DNA of 64,000 nucleotides from Bdellovibrionales bacterium (GCA_965262715.1 OZ253553.1:256001-320000); one strand, 5' to 3'. Shown: positions 19,594-30,178, counted from the stretch's first letter. A program made the numbers and translations. The notes: generated by a model from the sequence alone, not told the origin.

Positions 19594-19735
19594 TATCTAC
19601 TCCCTCATAATAAGGCGCAACCTTTCTCGTCTCTGTATCAACTCATCCCTACGCTGTTCATTATATCTTATGATATCTCTAAGATTTTTTATAAGGGTTT
19701 ATGAGTGCTATCCTTTAAAAGGTCTTCTTGTATTT

Positions 19736-20914
19736 TTATAAGTGCTTTTTGATCTCTTCCATCATTTGAAGTGTTCCCATGACTGTTATTTTATCTTTAT
19801 ATGGAAACCTATCATTACCTCCATAAATTACAAATTTCTTATCAGCTTTTATATCTTCACATGCACTATGATATCCTCTAGGTATTTTAAAGTCTTCTGC
19901 GCTTTTTTTGATCTCAATAGCCCATGTTTCTTGTTTTATTTTTAAGACTAAATCGATTTCTGCACCAGCTACAGTTCTGTAAAAAGAATAATCTATGTTA
20001 TTAGGAAGAATAGAGAGTATATTATTTATAACAAACCCTTCCCAGCTAGTTCCAATAATTGGATGTGAAAGCAGATGATCATATGTTTCAATATTTAATA
20101 AGCTATGTAAAATACCAGTGTCATTAATATAAATACGATACGATTTGATAAGTCGCTTTTTTACATTCACATATAAAGGACAAAGTTTTTTTATTAAGAA
20201 AAGCTCAGATAATATATCTATATAGCGTTGAACTGTTTTACTATCTATATGTAAATTTTTTGCTAATTGTGAAGCGTTTAATAGGCTTCCATTATAATGC
20301 GCTAACATTTCTAAAAGTCTTTTAAATTGATCTACTGGAATACGAAAACCAAATTGAGGAATGTCACGTTCTAAATAGGTTGTCATGAAATCTTTTCTCC
20401 ACTGAAGGCTTATACTTTCGTTAGGACTTAAGTAACTTTTAGGAAATCCACCTTTTAACCATAAATTGATAATGTCAGTGTGTGAACTTGGTTGAGTTTC
20501 TAATAAATTAAATCCATGCATGTTTATATAGCTGATTCTACCGGCTAAGCTCTCTGATGATTGACGTATGAGTTTTTTAGATGCTGAACCTAAAATAAGA
20601 TACCTACCTGATAGCATGCTTTGATCAATAAGTACCCTCAATACTGAAAATAACTCTGGCTTTTTTTGAACCTCGTCGATAATAACCAGTTTATCTGTAT
20701 GTTGAGATAAAAAAGAATATGGATCGCTCAGTTTTAACAAATCCTTAGGTGATTCTAAATCAAGATAAATGCTTTTATGTTTCTTTGCTATAAATTCCTT
20801 AGCTAAAGTGCTTTTACCAACTTGCCTTGGGCCTAAAATAGCAACGGCAGGATTGTTTTGCAGTCTGCCTTCAACTTCATCATAAATAAAGCGATGTAAT
20901 ATCTTAACTTGCAT
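19736..20914 (-). CDS. AAA_14 ATPase with DUF4143 domain (paralog of 696-1865)
   Basis: GPRQVGKS, IIDEVQ, ESLAGRI, EIDLV...AIEIK. Confidence 0.9.
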   Translation of the reverse strand: MQVKILHRFIYDEVEGRLQNNPAVAILGPRQVGKSTLAKEFIAKKHKSIYLDLESPKDLLKLSDPYSFLSQHTDKLVIIDEVQKKPELFSVLRVLIDQSMLSGRYLILGSASKKLIRQSSESLAGRISYINMHGFNLLETQPSSHTDIINLWLKGGFPKSYLSPNESISLQWRKDFMTTYLERDIPQFGFRIPVDQFKRLLEMLAHYNGSLLNASQLAKNLHIDSKTVQRYIDILSELFLIKKLCPLYVNVKKRLIKSYRIYINDTGILHSLLNIETYDHLLSHPIIGTSWEGFVINNILSILPNNIDYSFYRTVAGAEIDLVLKIKQETWAIEIKKSAEDFKIPRGYHSACEDIKADKKFVIYGGNDRFPYKDKITVMGTLQMMEEIKKHL

Positions 20915-20938
20915 GGTTTGACTTCCTTATCAATATCT

Positions 20939-21005
20939 ACCTTGTATTTTCGTATATTATCTCCAAGTTTACAAGGTTAAACTGAAGAATTACCTTGTAT
21001 TTTCG
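20939..21005. promoter_or_regulatory. Operator-like ACCTTGTA-N21-TACAAGGT plus repeated 14-bp half-site
   Basis: CCTTG-N27-CAAGG at 20940-20976; ACCTTGTATTTTCG at 20939 and 20992. Confidence 0.55.
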
Positions 21006-21178
21006 GAAAAATAAGTGAAAATCTATAGAAGTGTTTATACATTTTACGCATCTCTCTGCGAGACAGGTTGTTTGTCTTTACTTTAGACTCAAGTCAGGTA
21101 GATTTTTATTAACAGTTAAAATAAGCTTTTAAGAATCATAAAAAATGATTTAAAATCTTTGTATCAAAGGAGAATAGA

Positions 21179-21601
21179 TTGGTTTATTTTCAGCAGGTAC
21201 AGTCAATTCAGTATATTTTGTTTTGTTTACTAATTGCTTTTTTAATGGCGAGCTGTACTGTCAATCTTCCTACTGAGAAGCCTGTTACTGATAAACAAGC
21301 TATTCAAAAAGTTGTGGAAGAAAATATTAAAGAGTTAAGAGTTTGTTATGAAAGACTTGCTCAAAGAGATCCAAATGTCTCTGGGCAGGTGGAGTTTAAA
21401 TGGACTATTCAGGTCGATGGTCTTGTAGAAAATGTTAGAGTCGTAAAATCACAAATTAAAGATGAAGACACATTAGAATGTATGATAGCGTCCTTAGCAA
21501 CATGGAAATTTCCAAAGCCCTCAAGAGGTGTAGTATTAGATATAGATTACCCATTTGTATTTGTAATATCTAAGAAGAAATCATCGCCAAGTATCAAATA
21601 G
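21179..21601 (+). CDS. AgmX/PglI C-terminal (TonB_C-like) domain lipoprotein
   Basis: LMASC lipobox; LRVCYER...G.V.FKWTI..DG.V...W.FPKP....I.YPFVF. Confidence 0.75.
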   Translation: MVYFQQVQSIQYILFCLLIAFLMASCTVNLPTEKPVTDKQAIQKVVEENIKELRVCYERLAQRDPNVSGQVEFKWTIQVDGLVENVRVVKSQIKDEDTLECMIASLATWKFPKPSRGVVLDIDYPFVFVISKKKSSPSIK

Positions 21602-21694
21602 TATGGCAAATATAACAGTTTGGTTCATAACTACTTAAGCTCTCTTTTCTCCGGGATATGGCAGCCTACGCAATCCGGCATACCGTACATGGAA

Positions 21695-21864
21695 TCAACC
21701 TTGCAATTAATTTTTATCGTAACTCTAGGAAATTAAGTTTAAGAGAACCTCTTAAAAACCAGTTCCATAGAGCTTCTCTAAGCATTGTACGTAGGTTGGC
21801 TGAAAAAAGTGCTAAACCAACTGCTAAAGAACGTAGAAAATTCTATAGGATTAGTCTTGGATAA
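21695..21864 (+). pseudogene. Truncated four-helix-bundle protein (paralog of 48066-48365)
   Basis: LAINFY...EPLKNQFHRASLSIV..LAE.SAK.TAKERRKFYRI aligns to the intact copy; lacks both ends. Confidence 0.8.
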
Positions 21865-21875
21865 GATATAACTTA

Positions 21876-22039
21876 AATAGTTTCCCTAACATGATGTAAG
21901 AAATGAAGAATATCTTCTTACTCAAAATAAATGGATTTTCTAGGCAATGACCTATTTGCTGAGGGCATTAGCCGTCAGGGTCATTGTCAGAAAGCAACCA
22001 GAGGCTTGCCTCGAGAGGTTGGTTTATTTTGAGTGAAAC
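21876..22039 (+). repeat. Palindromic repeat family R2, full unit
   Basis: Nested stems ACTCAAAATAAA/TTTATTTTGAGT and GGCAATGACC/GGTCATTGTC. Confidence 0.85.
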
Positions 22040-22061
22040 TAATTCAAGCTATACACAATGA

Positions 22062-23159
22062 TCAGGAAGATTCAAGTGCAAGTTCAATGAGTTTATCTAG
22101 AAGGGCAGAGTAGCTAAGGCCAGTGGCTTGCCAAAGCTTAGGGTACATACTGATAGAAGTAAATCCAGGGATAGTATTCACTTCATTTACCAAAACTTCT
22201 CCAGATGACTTGAGAAAAAAGTCTACCCTTGCCATTCCTCTACATTCTAGCAGTAAAAATACTTTTTTTGCCATCTCTTGAATGTTTCGGATTTGAGTGT
22301 CTGAAAGATTCAGGTTTGATATTTTAAGCAAGGCGCCTTGAGGATCTAAATATTTTGCTTTGTAAGAGTAAAATTCATGGTGAGGCACAATCTCCCCAGG
22401 AAGTGAAGCTTTCGGTTCCTCATTTCCTAAAATTGCAACTTCAATTTCACGTCCTTCAATGCACTCTTCAACAATGGCTTTCTTATCATATTTTAAAGCT
22501 TCTTCTATAGCTTGTTTTAAAAATGCATCATCTTTTATTTTTTGAATTCCTATAGATGAACCCATATTTGCAGGTTTGACAAAAACAGGAAATCCAAGTG
22601 ATTTTACTTGTTCTAATATTTGTTCTTTTTGATAATAATGAGCAGCTTTTTTTAAAGCAGATACTTCAACGAATCTAGCTGTAGGAATATGAGCATTTAA
22701 AAGTAACTTTTTTGTGAATATCTTATCCATACAAATGGCAGAAGATAAGACATCTGGGCCTACAAAGGGTAAATTAGAGCATTTGAGCAGTCCTTGAAAG
22801 CTGCCATCTTCTCCATAAGGACCATGAAGAACAGGAAATGCGACATTTATTTGTAGGGGATCTTTATCATTTGATATTACGCTTTTATTTTCATTAAGAT
22901 AGCTAAGATATGCTATTTCATTTTTTGAAAATAATATGACAGGCTTGCCAATTTGATCAAAGCTTAAACCTTGTTTAGCTTTTAAAAATGAAGAAGTATC
23001 TGCGATATGATACCAACTGCCATTTTTATCAATCCCTATAAGAAAAACATTATATTTATTAACATCTAAGTTTTGGACAACACTTTGCGCGGATTGAATC
23101 GAAATAGGATGCTCCTCTGATTTTCCTCCAAAAAAAACAACTACATTTAATTTTTTCAT
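22062..23159 (-). CDS. ddl: D-alanine--D-alanine ligase
   Basis: GGKSEEH, LHGPYGEDG, VKPAN.GSSIG, EVNTIPGFT. Confidence 0.95.
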   Translation of the reverse strand: MKKLNVVVFFGGKSEEHPISIQSAQSVVQNLDVNKYNVFLIGIDKNGSWYHIADTSSFLKAKQGLSFDQIGKPVILFSKNEIAYLSYLNENKSVISNDKDPLQINVAFPVLHGPYGEDGSFQGLLKCSNLPFVGPDVLSSAICMDKIFTKKLLLNAHIPTARFVEVSALKKAAHYYQKEQILEQVKSLGFPVFVKPANMGSSIGIQKIKDDAFLKQAIEEALKYDKKAIVEECIEGREIEVAILGNEEPKASLPGEIVPHHEFYSYKAKYLDPQGALLKISNLNLSDTQIRNIQEMAKKVFLLLECRGMARVDFFLKSSGEVLVNEVNTIPGFTSISMYPKLWQATGLSYSALLDKLIELALESS

Positions 23160-23890
23160 TTGTTATCTTTCAAATTAAAATAAACATTTTGTACATCTTC
23201 TAGATCATTCAAATTTTTGATTAATTGCAAAACTTTTTTTGCTTTATTCTCATCTAAGGCTATTTGGTTGCTAGCTTTTTTTAAAATACAATGATCTGTT
23301 GGCTCATATCCTGCAGTTTGCAGTTGATCTAATAGAGGTTGTTTAGAAGGTGTCAAAATATAGAGGTTTTCTGTTGTTTCCTTAATATCTTCTGCTCCGG
23401 CTTCAATAGCTGCTTCCTCAAGATGGTCAATGTCTATATTTTTCTGTTTTAAAAAAGCCTTATCAAAGGTGAATTGATTTTGAGTCGCAAAGATCCAGCT
23501 CACAGAGCCTTTTTCTCCAATACTTCCACCTGCCTTTTGAAAAATCAATCGCACTTGAGCAATTGTACGCGTCTTGTTATCAGTAAGGCATTCTATTAAG
23601 ATAGCTATTCCACCTGGTCCATAACCCTCATAAGTGACTTCCTCATAAGTTTTGCCTAAAATTTCACCTGTACCTCTTTTGATGGCGTCAGTGATTTTAT
23701 CTTTAGGCATAGAAATATCTCTAGCAGACTTGATAGCTCTTCTTAAACGAGGATTGGTATCAGGGTCTCCTCCTGCTAATTTTGCTGCCACAATGATTTC
23801 TCTGGCATGCTTAGAGAATAAAACGCCTCTTTTAGCGTCCTCTTTTTCCTTACCTCTTTTGATGGTAGACCACTTACTATGTCCTGACAT
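23156..23890 (-). CDS. yebC: YebC/PmpR family protein (likely start MSGHSKW)
   Basis: MSGHSKWSTIK, YEGYGPGG, TDNKTRT. Confidence 0.92.
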   Translation of the reverse strand: MSGHSKWSTIKRGKEKEDAKRGVLFSKHAREIIVAAKLAGGDPDTNPRLRRAIKSARDISMPKDKITDAIKRGTGEILGKTYEEVTYEGYGPGGIAILIECLTDNKTRTIAQVRLIFQKAGGSIGEKGSVSWIFATQNQFTFDKAFLKQKNIDIDHLEEAAIEAGAEDIKETTENLYILTPSKQPLLDQLQTAGYEPTDHCILKKASNQIALDENKAKKVLQLIKNLNDLEDVQNVYFNLKDNK

Positions 23891-24039
23891 TTTTCCTCTT
23901 TCTATAAAAGCAGAGCTTTTGAGATGGCTTCTATTATAAAACCTTGTCAATTGTATTTTTATTTACTTTAATTCTTTTAGGTATCTATTTTAAGAGAAAT
24001 ATTCTTTTTTGTAAAAAAATAAATCACATATAGGCTAAT

Positions 24040-24876
24040 TTGATGGAAAAACAAGATCATTACCGTATGATAGAGCGCTATCAGGCACTTTATGAAAAGA
24101 ACCGCCGCAGCAAGATTTTTGCATCTTTGGCTGAGTCTTACATAAAAGTAGGCATGTTAGAACCAGCGTTAGAAATATCCCATAGAGGGGTTAAAATGCA
24201 CCCTCATTTTCCAAATGGACACATGGCATTAGCAAAAGTTTATCTTGCATTACAAAATATGGATAATGCCATTTTCGAGCTTAAAAAAGTTATAGAACTT
24301 TCACCAGAAAACATCCTTGCTCACAAATTGCTTGCTAAAACATTTCTGAAAAAAGGGCAAAATAAATTGGCGCTAAGGTCATTTAAAATGGTCCTTTTTT
24401 TAAGTCCTGAAAATAGTGAAGTTATACAGCAAGTTCGAACTCTTGAAAAGTCTATCTCAGATGAGAATAATGACTCATTTGAAATGAAATTTCTTGAGAA
24501 GCTCGTAGATACTTCAAAAGATTCTGCCACCTCTTCTCCGCCTCAAGCACAGCAAAAGCAACCTCTTTCCCATAAAAAAGAGTGTCCTGTTTTTTTAGAA
24601 AGAACTCTTTCTTTAGCTGACGCTTATATTAAACGCAATGACATTCAATGGGCTTTAAAAACTTTAGAGGAAGCTGAAAACAGCTTAGGTCCCCATCCAG
24701 AATTAACAAAACGTATAAGATTTTTATCAGCTCGTTCCTATTCTAATCTACCTGATTTTATAGAAGATTCTCCTCATAGTGTACCTACAGATGTTTTAAA
24801 AAAGGTTGCTTTTTTAAAAGAGTTATTAGCACGTATTGATAGAAATTCTGCCACAACCCACAAAATAGACTTATAA
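24040..24876 (+). CDS. Tetratricopeptide repeat protein
   Basis: FASLAESY, HMALAKVY, A..LLAK helical TPR patterns. Confidence 0.75.
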   Translation: MMEKQDHYRMIERYQALYEKNRRSKIFASLAESYIKVGMLEPALEISHRGVKMHPHFPNGHMALAKVYLALQNMDNAIFELKKVIELSPENILAHKLLAKTFLKKGQNKLALRSFKMVLFLSPENSEVIQQVRTLEKSISDENNDSFEMKFLEKLVDTSKDSATSSPPQAQQKQPLSHKKECPVFLERTLSLADAYIKRNDIQWALKTLEEAENSLGPHPELTKRIRFLSARSYSNLPDFIEDSPHSVPTDVLKKVAFLKELLARIDRNSATTHKIDL

Positions 24877-24917
24877 TAAATGATAACAGTCTTTAGAGGC
24901 TTATTTGACCATCTAAA

Positions 24918-25826
24918 TCAAATGTTGATTTTTTTAATCAGCTCAATAGCTTCATAGGAGGCTCGTTCTAACGCCTCTTTGGTAGCTGCTCCCAAATGAG
25001 GAGAAAGAGTTACATTTGGAAAGCTATTAATTTGAGCTTTTACAACATCTGAAATATTAAAAACATCTAAAGCCACCATCCCAACACATTTTTCTTTTAA
25101 AGCTTTCAATAAGACATCAATGGATAAAACGTGCTCTCGAGCCACATTAATAAATAAGCCATCTATCCCTAAGTCTTTAAGCAGATCAAATGTGATGATA
25201 TGATGTGTTTCTTTTGTTTTTGGAACATGAATGCTCACAATATCAGAGCACTTAAAAAGCTCACCAAGGGAAACTCTTTCTGCTTGATGATTTTTGAAAA
25301 CTTTATCTTCGATGTAAGGATCATAAGCTAAGATATTTGCTCCAAAACCTTTAGCGAGTTTTGCCACATAACTTCCCACTCGTCCTAAACCCATAATACC
25401 CCATGTTTTTTGATAAATTTCTGTACCTATTAGAAGTCCACGATCAAGAGGCATTTTTTTCCCGGAAGATAAATCGATTTTTTTAAGATGCCGTAAGCTC
25501 TGAAGAGCAAGGGCTATTGTAAATTCTCCTGTAGAGACTCTATTGGCATAAGGTGTATGAGTCCATTTGACACCCTGTTTCTCACAAGCCTGTGCATCAA
25601 TATGATCAAAACCTGAGGTTAATGTGATCACAAAACATAAGTCTTTTGCCTGTTCTAAGAGTTGATTGTTAATCTGAGTTTTTGAACGTATAATAGCAAT
25701 TTCTGCATAAGCTATTTCTTGTTGTGTAGGGTTTGCATAGGTTTTGGTTCTTCTAACTTCATGTCCTAACTGTTTGAGCTGGAGTTCTGCTTCTGGTAAG
25801 AATCTTTCTGTAATCAAAATCCTCAT
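24918..25826 (-). CDS. D-2-hydroxyacid dehydrogenase family (SerA-like, no ACT domain)
   Basis: SGFDHID, GLGRVG, YDPY, HVP.T.ET, SPHLGA. Confidence 0.85.
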   Translation of the reverse strand: MRILITERFLPEAELQLKQLGHEVRRTKTYANPTQQEIAYAEIAIIRSKTQINNQLLEQAKDLCFVITLTSGFDHIDAQACEKQGVKWTHTPYANRVSTGEFTIALALQSLRHLKKIDLSSGKKMPLDRGLLIGTEIYQKTWGIMGLGRVGSYVAKLAKGFGANILAYDPYIEDKVFKNHQAERVSLGELFKCSDIVSIHVPKTKETHHIITFDLLKDLGIDGLFINVAREHVLSIDVLLKALKEKCVGMVALDVFNISDVVKAQINSFPNVTLSPHLGAATKEALERASYEAIELIKKINI

Positions 25827-25849
25827 ATTTTTTCACCAACAAATTATTG

Positions 25850-27019
25850 TTATTGATTTAGATTTTCTGAGGCACTTAAGAGAGCTTTTTGAGGATCAGA
25901 AGGCAAGCCAAAATGTTGGAGTGCTTTTCCTAAAGCGTTAATAACAGCTAAAATATCCTCATCTTGTATATCTCCCATATGTCCTATTCTAAGTAGTTTA
26001 TCATTAAGATGATCTTGTCCTCCAGCAATAGTTATATTGTACTTATCTTGAAGATAAGACTTAATGGCATTAGCTCCAACTGTTTGGCCTGATGAGTTTG
26101 TCTGTTCTTTGAGAGTGAAAGCCGTAAGTGCTGGGCTTGGAACTTGAGGGAATATTTCAGATCCTAAATGTGGCAATGCTGTACTTAGAGTTTTTGCTAT
26201 TTTCTGACAATATTTTTTTTGGTGTTGTTTATTGAGTTTGTTTTGAAGTACCCAGTGCAAAGCTCGTATATGTGCGATGGCTGATGTAAAATGTGTTTGT
26301 CCTTTTTGGTTGGCTTTAAGCTCTGCTTGCAAACTCCAATAAAACTTAGGAAAACTACTTTTTTGATTTGCCTTCCATGCTTTTTCTGAAAGAGATATAA
26401 ACCCAATACCTGGGGGTAGCATAAAGGCTTTTTGCGCACCTCCAATCACCACATCAAGACCCCAGCTATCCATGGGTATATCCATTACAGCAAGTGCTGA
26501 GATAGCATCCACAATGAGGAGTGTATCTGTATTTGCTGTTACCTTAGCAAGCTTGTATATGGGATGTAGTGCTCCAGTACTTGTTTCTGAAGCTTGCACT
26601 AAAAGAGCTTTGGTGTTTTTAGAAAGCTGGCTTTTAACAACTTCAGGATCAATAGATTTTCCCCATGGGACTTTAATTTCTTGAACTTGAAGGTCTAATG
26701 CTTTTGCCATTTTTGTCCAACGCTCTCCAAATTTTCCAGCATTGACGATCAGAACATGATCCTTTGGAGAAAGTGTATTGACAAGAGCAGATTCCATCAG
26801 TCCTGTTCCCACTGCTGTTTGAATAAAAACAGGTTGTTTTGTCTCAAAAATAAGAGGCAGATCATTAAGTACTTCTTTTAGAATATTTGTAAACTCCTTT
26901 GTACGATGATGTAAAAGAGGTTGACCAAGGATCTTTAAGACCTCCAGTGGTAAAGACACGGGGCCTGGAGTTAAAAGCCTGTATTTGTCATAAGAAACGT
27001 TTGAGATATTTAAGGTCAT
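25850..27019 (-). CDS. Class V PLP aminotransferase (alanine-glyoxylate/serine-pyruvate family)
   Basis: LLTPGP, ETSTG, VDAIS, AQKAFMLPPG, RIGHMG. Confidence 0.9.
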   Translation of the reverse strand: MTLNISNVSYDKYRLLTPGPVSLPLEVLKILGQPLLHHRTKEFTNILKEVLNDLPLIFETKQPVFIQTAVGTGLMESALVNTLSPKDHVLIVNAGKFGERWTKMAKALDLQVQEIKVPWGKSIDPEVVKSQLSKNTKALLVQASETSTGALHPIYKLAKVTANTDTLLIVDAISALAVMDIPMDSWGLDVVIGGAQKAFMLPPGIGFISLSEKAWKANQKSSFPKFYWSLQAELKANQKGQTHFTSAIAHIRALHWVLQNKLNKQHQKKYCQKIAKTLSTALPHLGSEIFPQVPSPALTAFTLKEQTNSSGQTVGANAIKSYLQDKYNITIAGGQDHLNDKLLRIGHMGDIQDEDILAVINALGKALQHFGLPSDPQKALLSASENLNQ

Positions 27020-27129
27020 TTTTAAGACTCTGGTTTATTTCAGTTTTTGTGTACATAATAAAAAGCTAAAAAAGAGTCTGCTGTCAAGCTAAAAGTGGGT
27101 CCAATTGTTTTTTATCACTATATTGGTTT

Positions 27130-27376
27130 GGCTTTGTGTGCATAAACATCGGTTGTGACTTCCTATATATACTAAGATTTGTAGTAGGCTTATTCACTAG
27201 CAGCAGGCAACCCCCGTGCCTTGCATTGCTATCATCTTTATGATTTTATTATAGAATAAAGTATTTTATACAAACCCTTTTCCCTAAGGCACTGGCCTGA
27301 GCTAGTTCATAAGCCTACTACAAATCTCATCTTAAACCTTATGCTCCTAGTCGTTTGATATTTATGTAACAAGATC
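27130..27376. mobile_element. Degenerate IS903-type MITE (family R3) with perfect 19-bp internal stem
   Basis: Core shared with 56574-56810; decayed TIRs; inner IR 27175-27193/27309-27327. Confidence 0.75.
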
Positions 27377-27462
27377 TATTATATTTGTAGAATATGCTTT
27401 ACAATTCATATAAGATAACCGAATGATAACTTAGCATAAAGTAAAACTAAGATGGTGTTAAA

Positions 27463-28593
27463 ATGATAAAAAATATCACTATTGAAAACTACAAATTGTT
27501 TAAGTCGTTTCATCTTAAGGATATCCCAAGGATCCTTTTGATTGGAGGTGAAAACAACTGCGGAAAAACCAGCCTTTTAGAAGCTATCTTTTTTATTCTA
27601 GACTCTTTAGATCCTCTTGTATTTATTAAACATTTAGACAGGAGAGGCTTTCTGGAAAATATTATTTCTAATGATCCAGAATTTTTGTTAGGACCTTCTT
27701 TTCACAACTTTAATTTGAATCAACCTATTACTTTTCAATACACTCTTTGTCCATCAGGTACATCTTCTCGATTAGAGGAAGAAATAGAAAGAAAAATCTC
27801 TTACAAGTTTTTACCCTCTAAATTAGGTGAGCATAAATATAATAATGGTAAACAAGTAGCTCATGAAAGCCACAGTATTCAGAGAAACCAACCCGTTCCT
27901 CTTGGTTTAATGGAAGCTTCTTACCAATTTGAACAGGGTGATAGTAAGTTCCTTTTTAATTTTCACAGTGGAGGAATATCCTTCACTGATATTGAAAAAG
28001 AAAAAGAACACCTAGTGTTAGAATATAATTTGAGAATACCTGCTAACTTTTTATTTAATAGTCCTGTTACACCTTCTACCTCAGTATCTGAGGCCTATGG
28101 TGAACTTGAAAGAAATAAGAATACCAAAGGAGTTTTAGAAGCATTACAAATTTTAGAACCAAAACTTAAATCACTGAGCATTATTTCTATAGGTGGTCAG
28201 CCAAGAATCTATGGTGATATAGGTATTGATCAACAAATACCTTTATCTCTTATGGGTCAAGGTGTGGCACATTTTTTGTCTATTCTCTTGAGTATTGCTC
28301 GCATGAAGGATGGAGTTGTTTTAATAGATGAAATAGAAAATGGATTTCATCATTCTGTTTTACCTCGTATCTGGGAAGTAATAGCAAAGCATGCTGAGGC
28401 TAATAATGTGCAGATTATGGCCACCACACATAGCAGAGAACTTATTATGGGAGCTATTGAAGGTATACCTGAGCATCTTAGAGAAGATTTTAAATATATG
28501 AGAATAGATAGAGATAAAGATCAATTTGATCCTAAAGTTTATGATGTTGAGATGCTAAAATCAGCCTCAAAAATGAATTTAGCTATACGTTGA
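27463..28593 (+). CDS. ABC-type ATPase (AAA_15/AAA_21-like)
   Basis: GENNCGKT, LSLMGQG, VLIDEIENGFH, TTHS. Confidence 0.9.
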   Translation: MIKNITIENYKLFKSFHLKDIPRILLIGGENNCGKTSLLEAIFFILDSLDPLVFIKHLDRRGFLENIISNDPEFLLGPSFHNFNLNQPITFQYTLCPSGTSSRLEEEIERKISYKFLPSKLGEHKYNNGKQVAHESHSIQRNQPVPLGLMEASYQFEQGDSKFLFNFHSGGISFTDIEKEKEHLVLEYNLRIPANFLFNSPVTPSTSVSEAYGELERNKNTKGVLEALQILEPKLKSLSIISIGGQPRIYGDIGIDQQIPLSLMGQGVAHFLSILLSIARMKDGVVLIDEIENGFHHSVLPRIWEVIAKHAEANNVQIMATTHSRELIMGAIEGIPEHLREDFKYMRIDRDKDQFDPKVYDVEMLKSASKMNLAIR

Positions 28594-29237
28594 GGCCCTC
28601 TCCTAAAATGACTCAAATCAATGAAGACCTATTCGCTATAGAAAAGAACAAAACTCTTCTTGTAGAAGGTAAAGATGAAGTTGCATTTTTTAAAGCTCTT
28701 TTTAAGAAAAAAAATATGGGAGACATTCAAATTATAGACATTGCTGGCAGAGATAAGCTCAAGAACAATTTTGTAACACTTAAAAACACTCCTAATTTTA
28801 AAATAATCACTTCTCTGGCAATCATCCAAGATGCTGATGATAAGCCTCCTCAAATAAGATTTGACAGTATTTGCTCCACATTAAAAACATGTGGATTAAA
28901 AAATCTACCTGATAAAATAGGATCATTTACAAAGTTCACTCCTAAAGTAGGCATATTTATTATTCCAGATGGCAAAAGCAAAGGAATGTTAGAGTCTCTT
29001 TGTTTATCCACTGTAGAGCTAAAAGAAAAAGAAACTATAGAATGTGTTGATGAGTTTATGCAGTGCATAGAGTTAAAAAAAGAGAAGCCTAAAAACCCTC
29101 ATAAAGCTCGTCATCGAGCATTTCTAGCAGCAATGCTAGATGATACTCCCTCTCTAGGAATAGCCGCCCAAAAAGGTTATTGGGATTTTGGTTCAGATAA
29201 ACTAAAGCCTTTATTAGATTTTTTAAAGCAGATATAG
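28590..29237 (+). CDS. DUF3226-like TOPRIM-fold protein
   Basis: LLVEGKDE, IIQDADD, FIIPD....GMLESLC; overlaps the ATPase stop. Confidence 0.75.
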   Translation: MRPSPKMTQINEDLFAIEKNKTLLVEGKDEVAFFKALFKKKNMGDIQIIDIAGRDKLKNNFVTLKNTPNFKIITSLAIIQDADDKPPQIRFDSICSTLKTCGLKNLPDKIGSFTKFTPKVGIFIIPDGKSKGMLESLCLSTVELKEKETIECVDEFMQCIELKKEKPKNPHKARHRAFLAAMLDDTPSLGIAAQKGYWDFGSDKLKPLLDFLKQI

Positions 29238-29526
29238 GCATAACAGGTTTTTTGTACAACATCAGCTTTGAGGATTTCGTATATAAGAGCCTACAGCTTC
29301 TTTCCTGCTGGGTGTGGCAAGCCATCTAATATATCTACCAGCCTTAATTTCTTTTAAATGGTAGAAGCGTTGAAATAATGACAAATAAAGACTTAGATTG
29401 TCTTAAAATGACAAAAAGTGTTTATTTTAGAGATATTAAGTTAAGATTGAGCTAGATTATCTTTTTAAGAAAAACCGTTGACTAAGTTTATACATTGTAT
29501 ATACTCTATTAAAAGAGGTATAGACT

Positions 29527-29763
29527 ATGGCTTTAAAACTGCAAAAGTGGGGAAACTCAATAGGCGTTAGGATTTCTAAATCTGTTATTGAGAAGGTCAA
29601 TTTGAAAGTTGGCTCTAAAGTTGAAATAGAACATAAAAATGGAAAAATTATAATCACCCCATTAAAGAAAAAACTCGTGCTTAATGATTTGCTTTCTCAA
29701 ATTACTAAAAACAACCTTCACTCAGAAGACAATTTTATTTCAGAAGGTCGAGAGATTTGGTAA
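29527..29763 (+). CDS. mazE: AbrB/MazE antitoxin
   Basis: KWGNSIGVRI; L.DLL..IT..NLH.E......GRE.W. Confidence 0.9.
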   Translation: MALKLQKWGNSIGVRISKSVIEKVNLKVGSKVEIEHKNGKIIITPLKKKLVLNDLLSQITKNNLHSEDNFISEGREIW

Positions 29764-30092
29764 TGCGATATATTCCAAATAGAGGTGATTTAGTCTGGTT
29801 AAATTTTTCCCCACAAGTTGGACATGAGCAGAGAGGTCAAAGACCAGCCCTTGTTGTCTCACTAAAAGCATATAATCAAAAAACAGGCTTAGCTTTATGT
29901 TGTCCTATATCTTCTCATAAAAAAAATTATCCGTTTGAAGTTCAAATTTCCAGTAAAAAAATGGATGGTGTGATATTGGCTGATCACTTAAAAAACCTAG
30001 ATTGGAAAGCAAGAAAGATAAAGTTTATAGAAAAAGCAAATCCTAAAATTGTTAAAGAATGTATCGAGAAAATATTAGTTTTATTTGAGTAA
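29757..30092 (+). CDS. mazF: MazF endoribonuclease toxin
   Basis: Y.P.RGDLVWLNFSPQVGHEQRGQRPALVVS, LDWKAR. Confidence 0.92.
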   Translation: MVMRYIPNRGDLVWLNFSPQVGHEQRGQRPALVVSLKAYNQKTGLALCCPISSHKKNYPFEVQISSKKMDGVILADHLKNLDWKARKIKFIEKANPKIVKECIEKILVLFE

Positions 30093-30178
30093 TTTGATGC
30101 GGTCATTCGAATACATATTTATAGAAAATCACCGTTGATAAAGCTTGTTTAACTGAAGATAAACTTTTTTCCTTTAAA

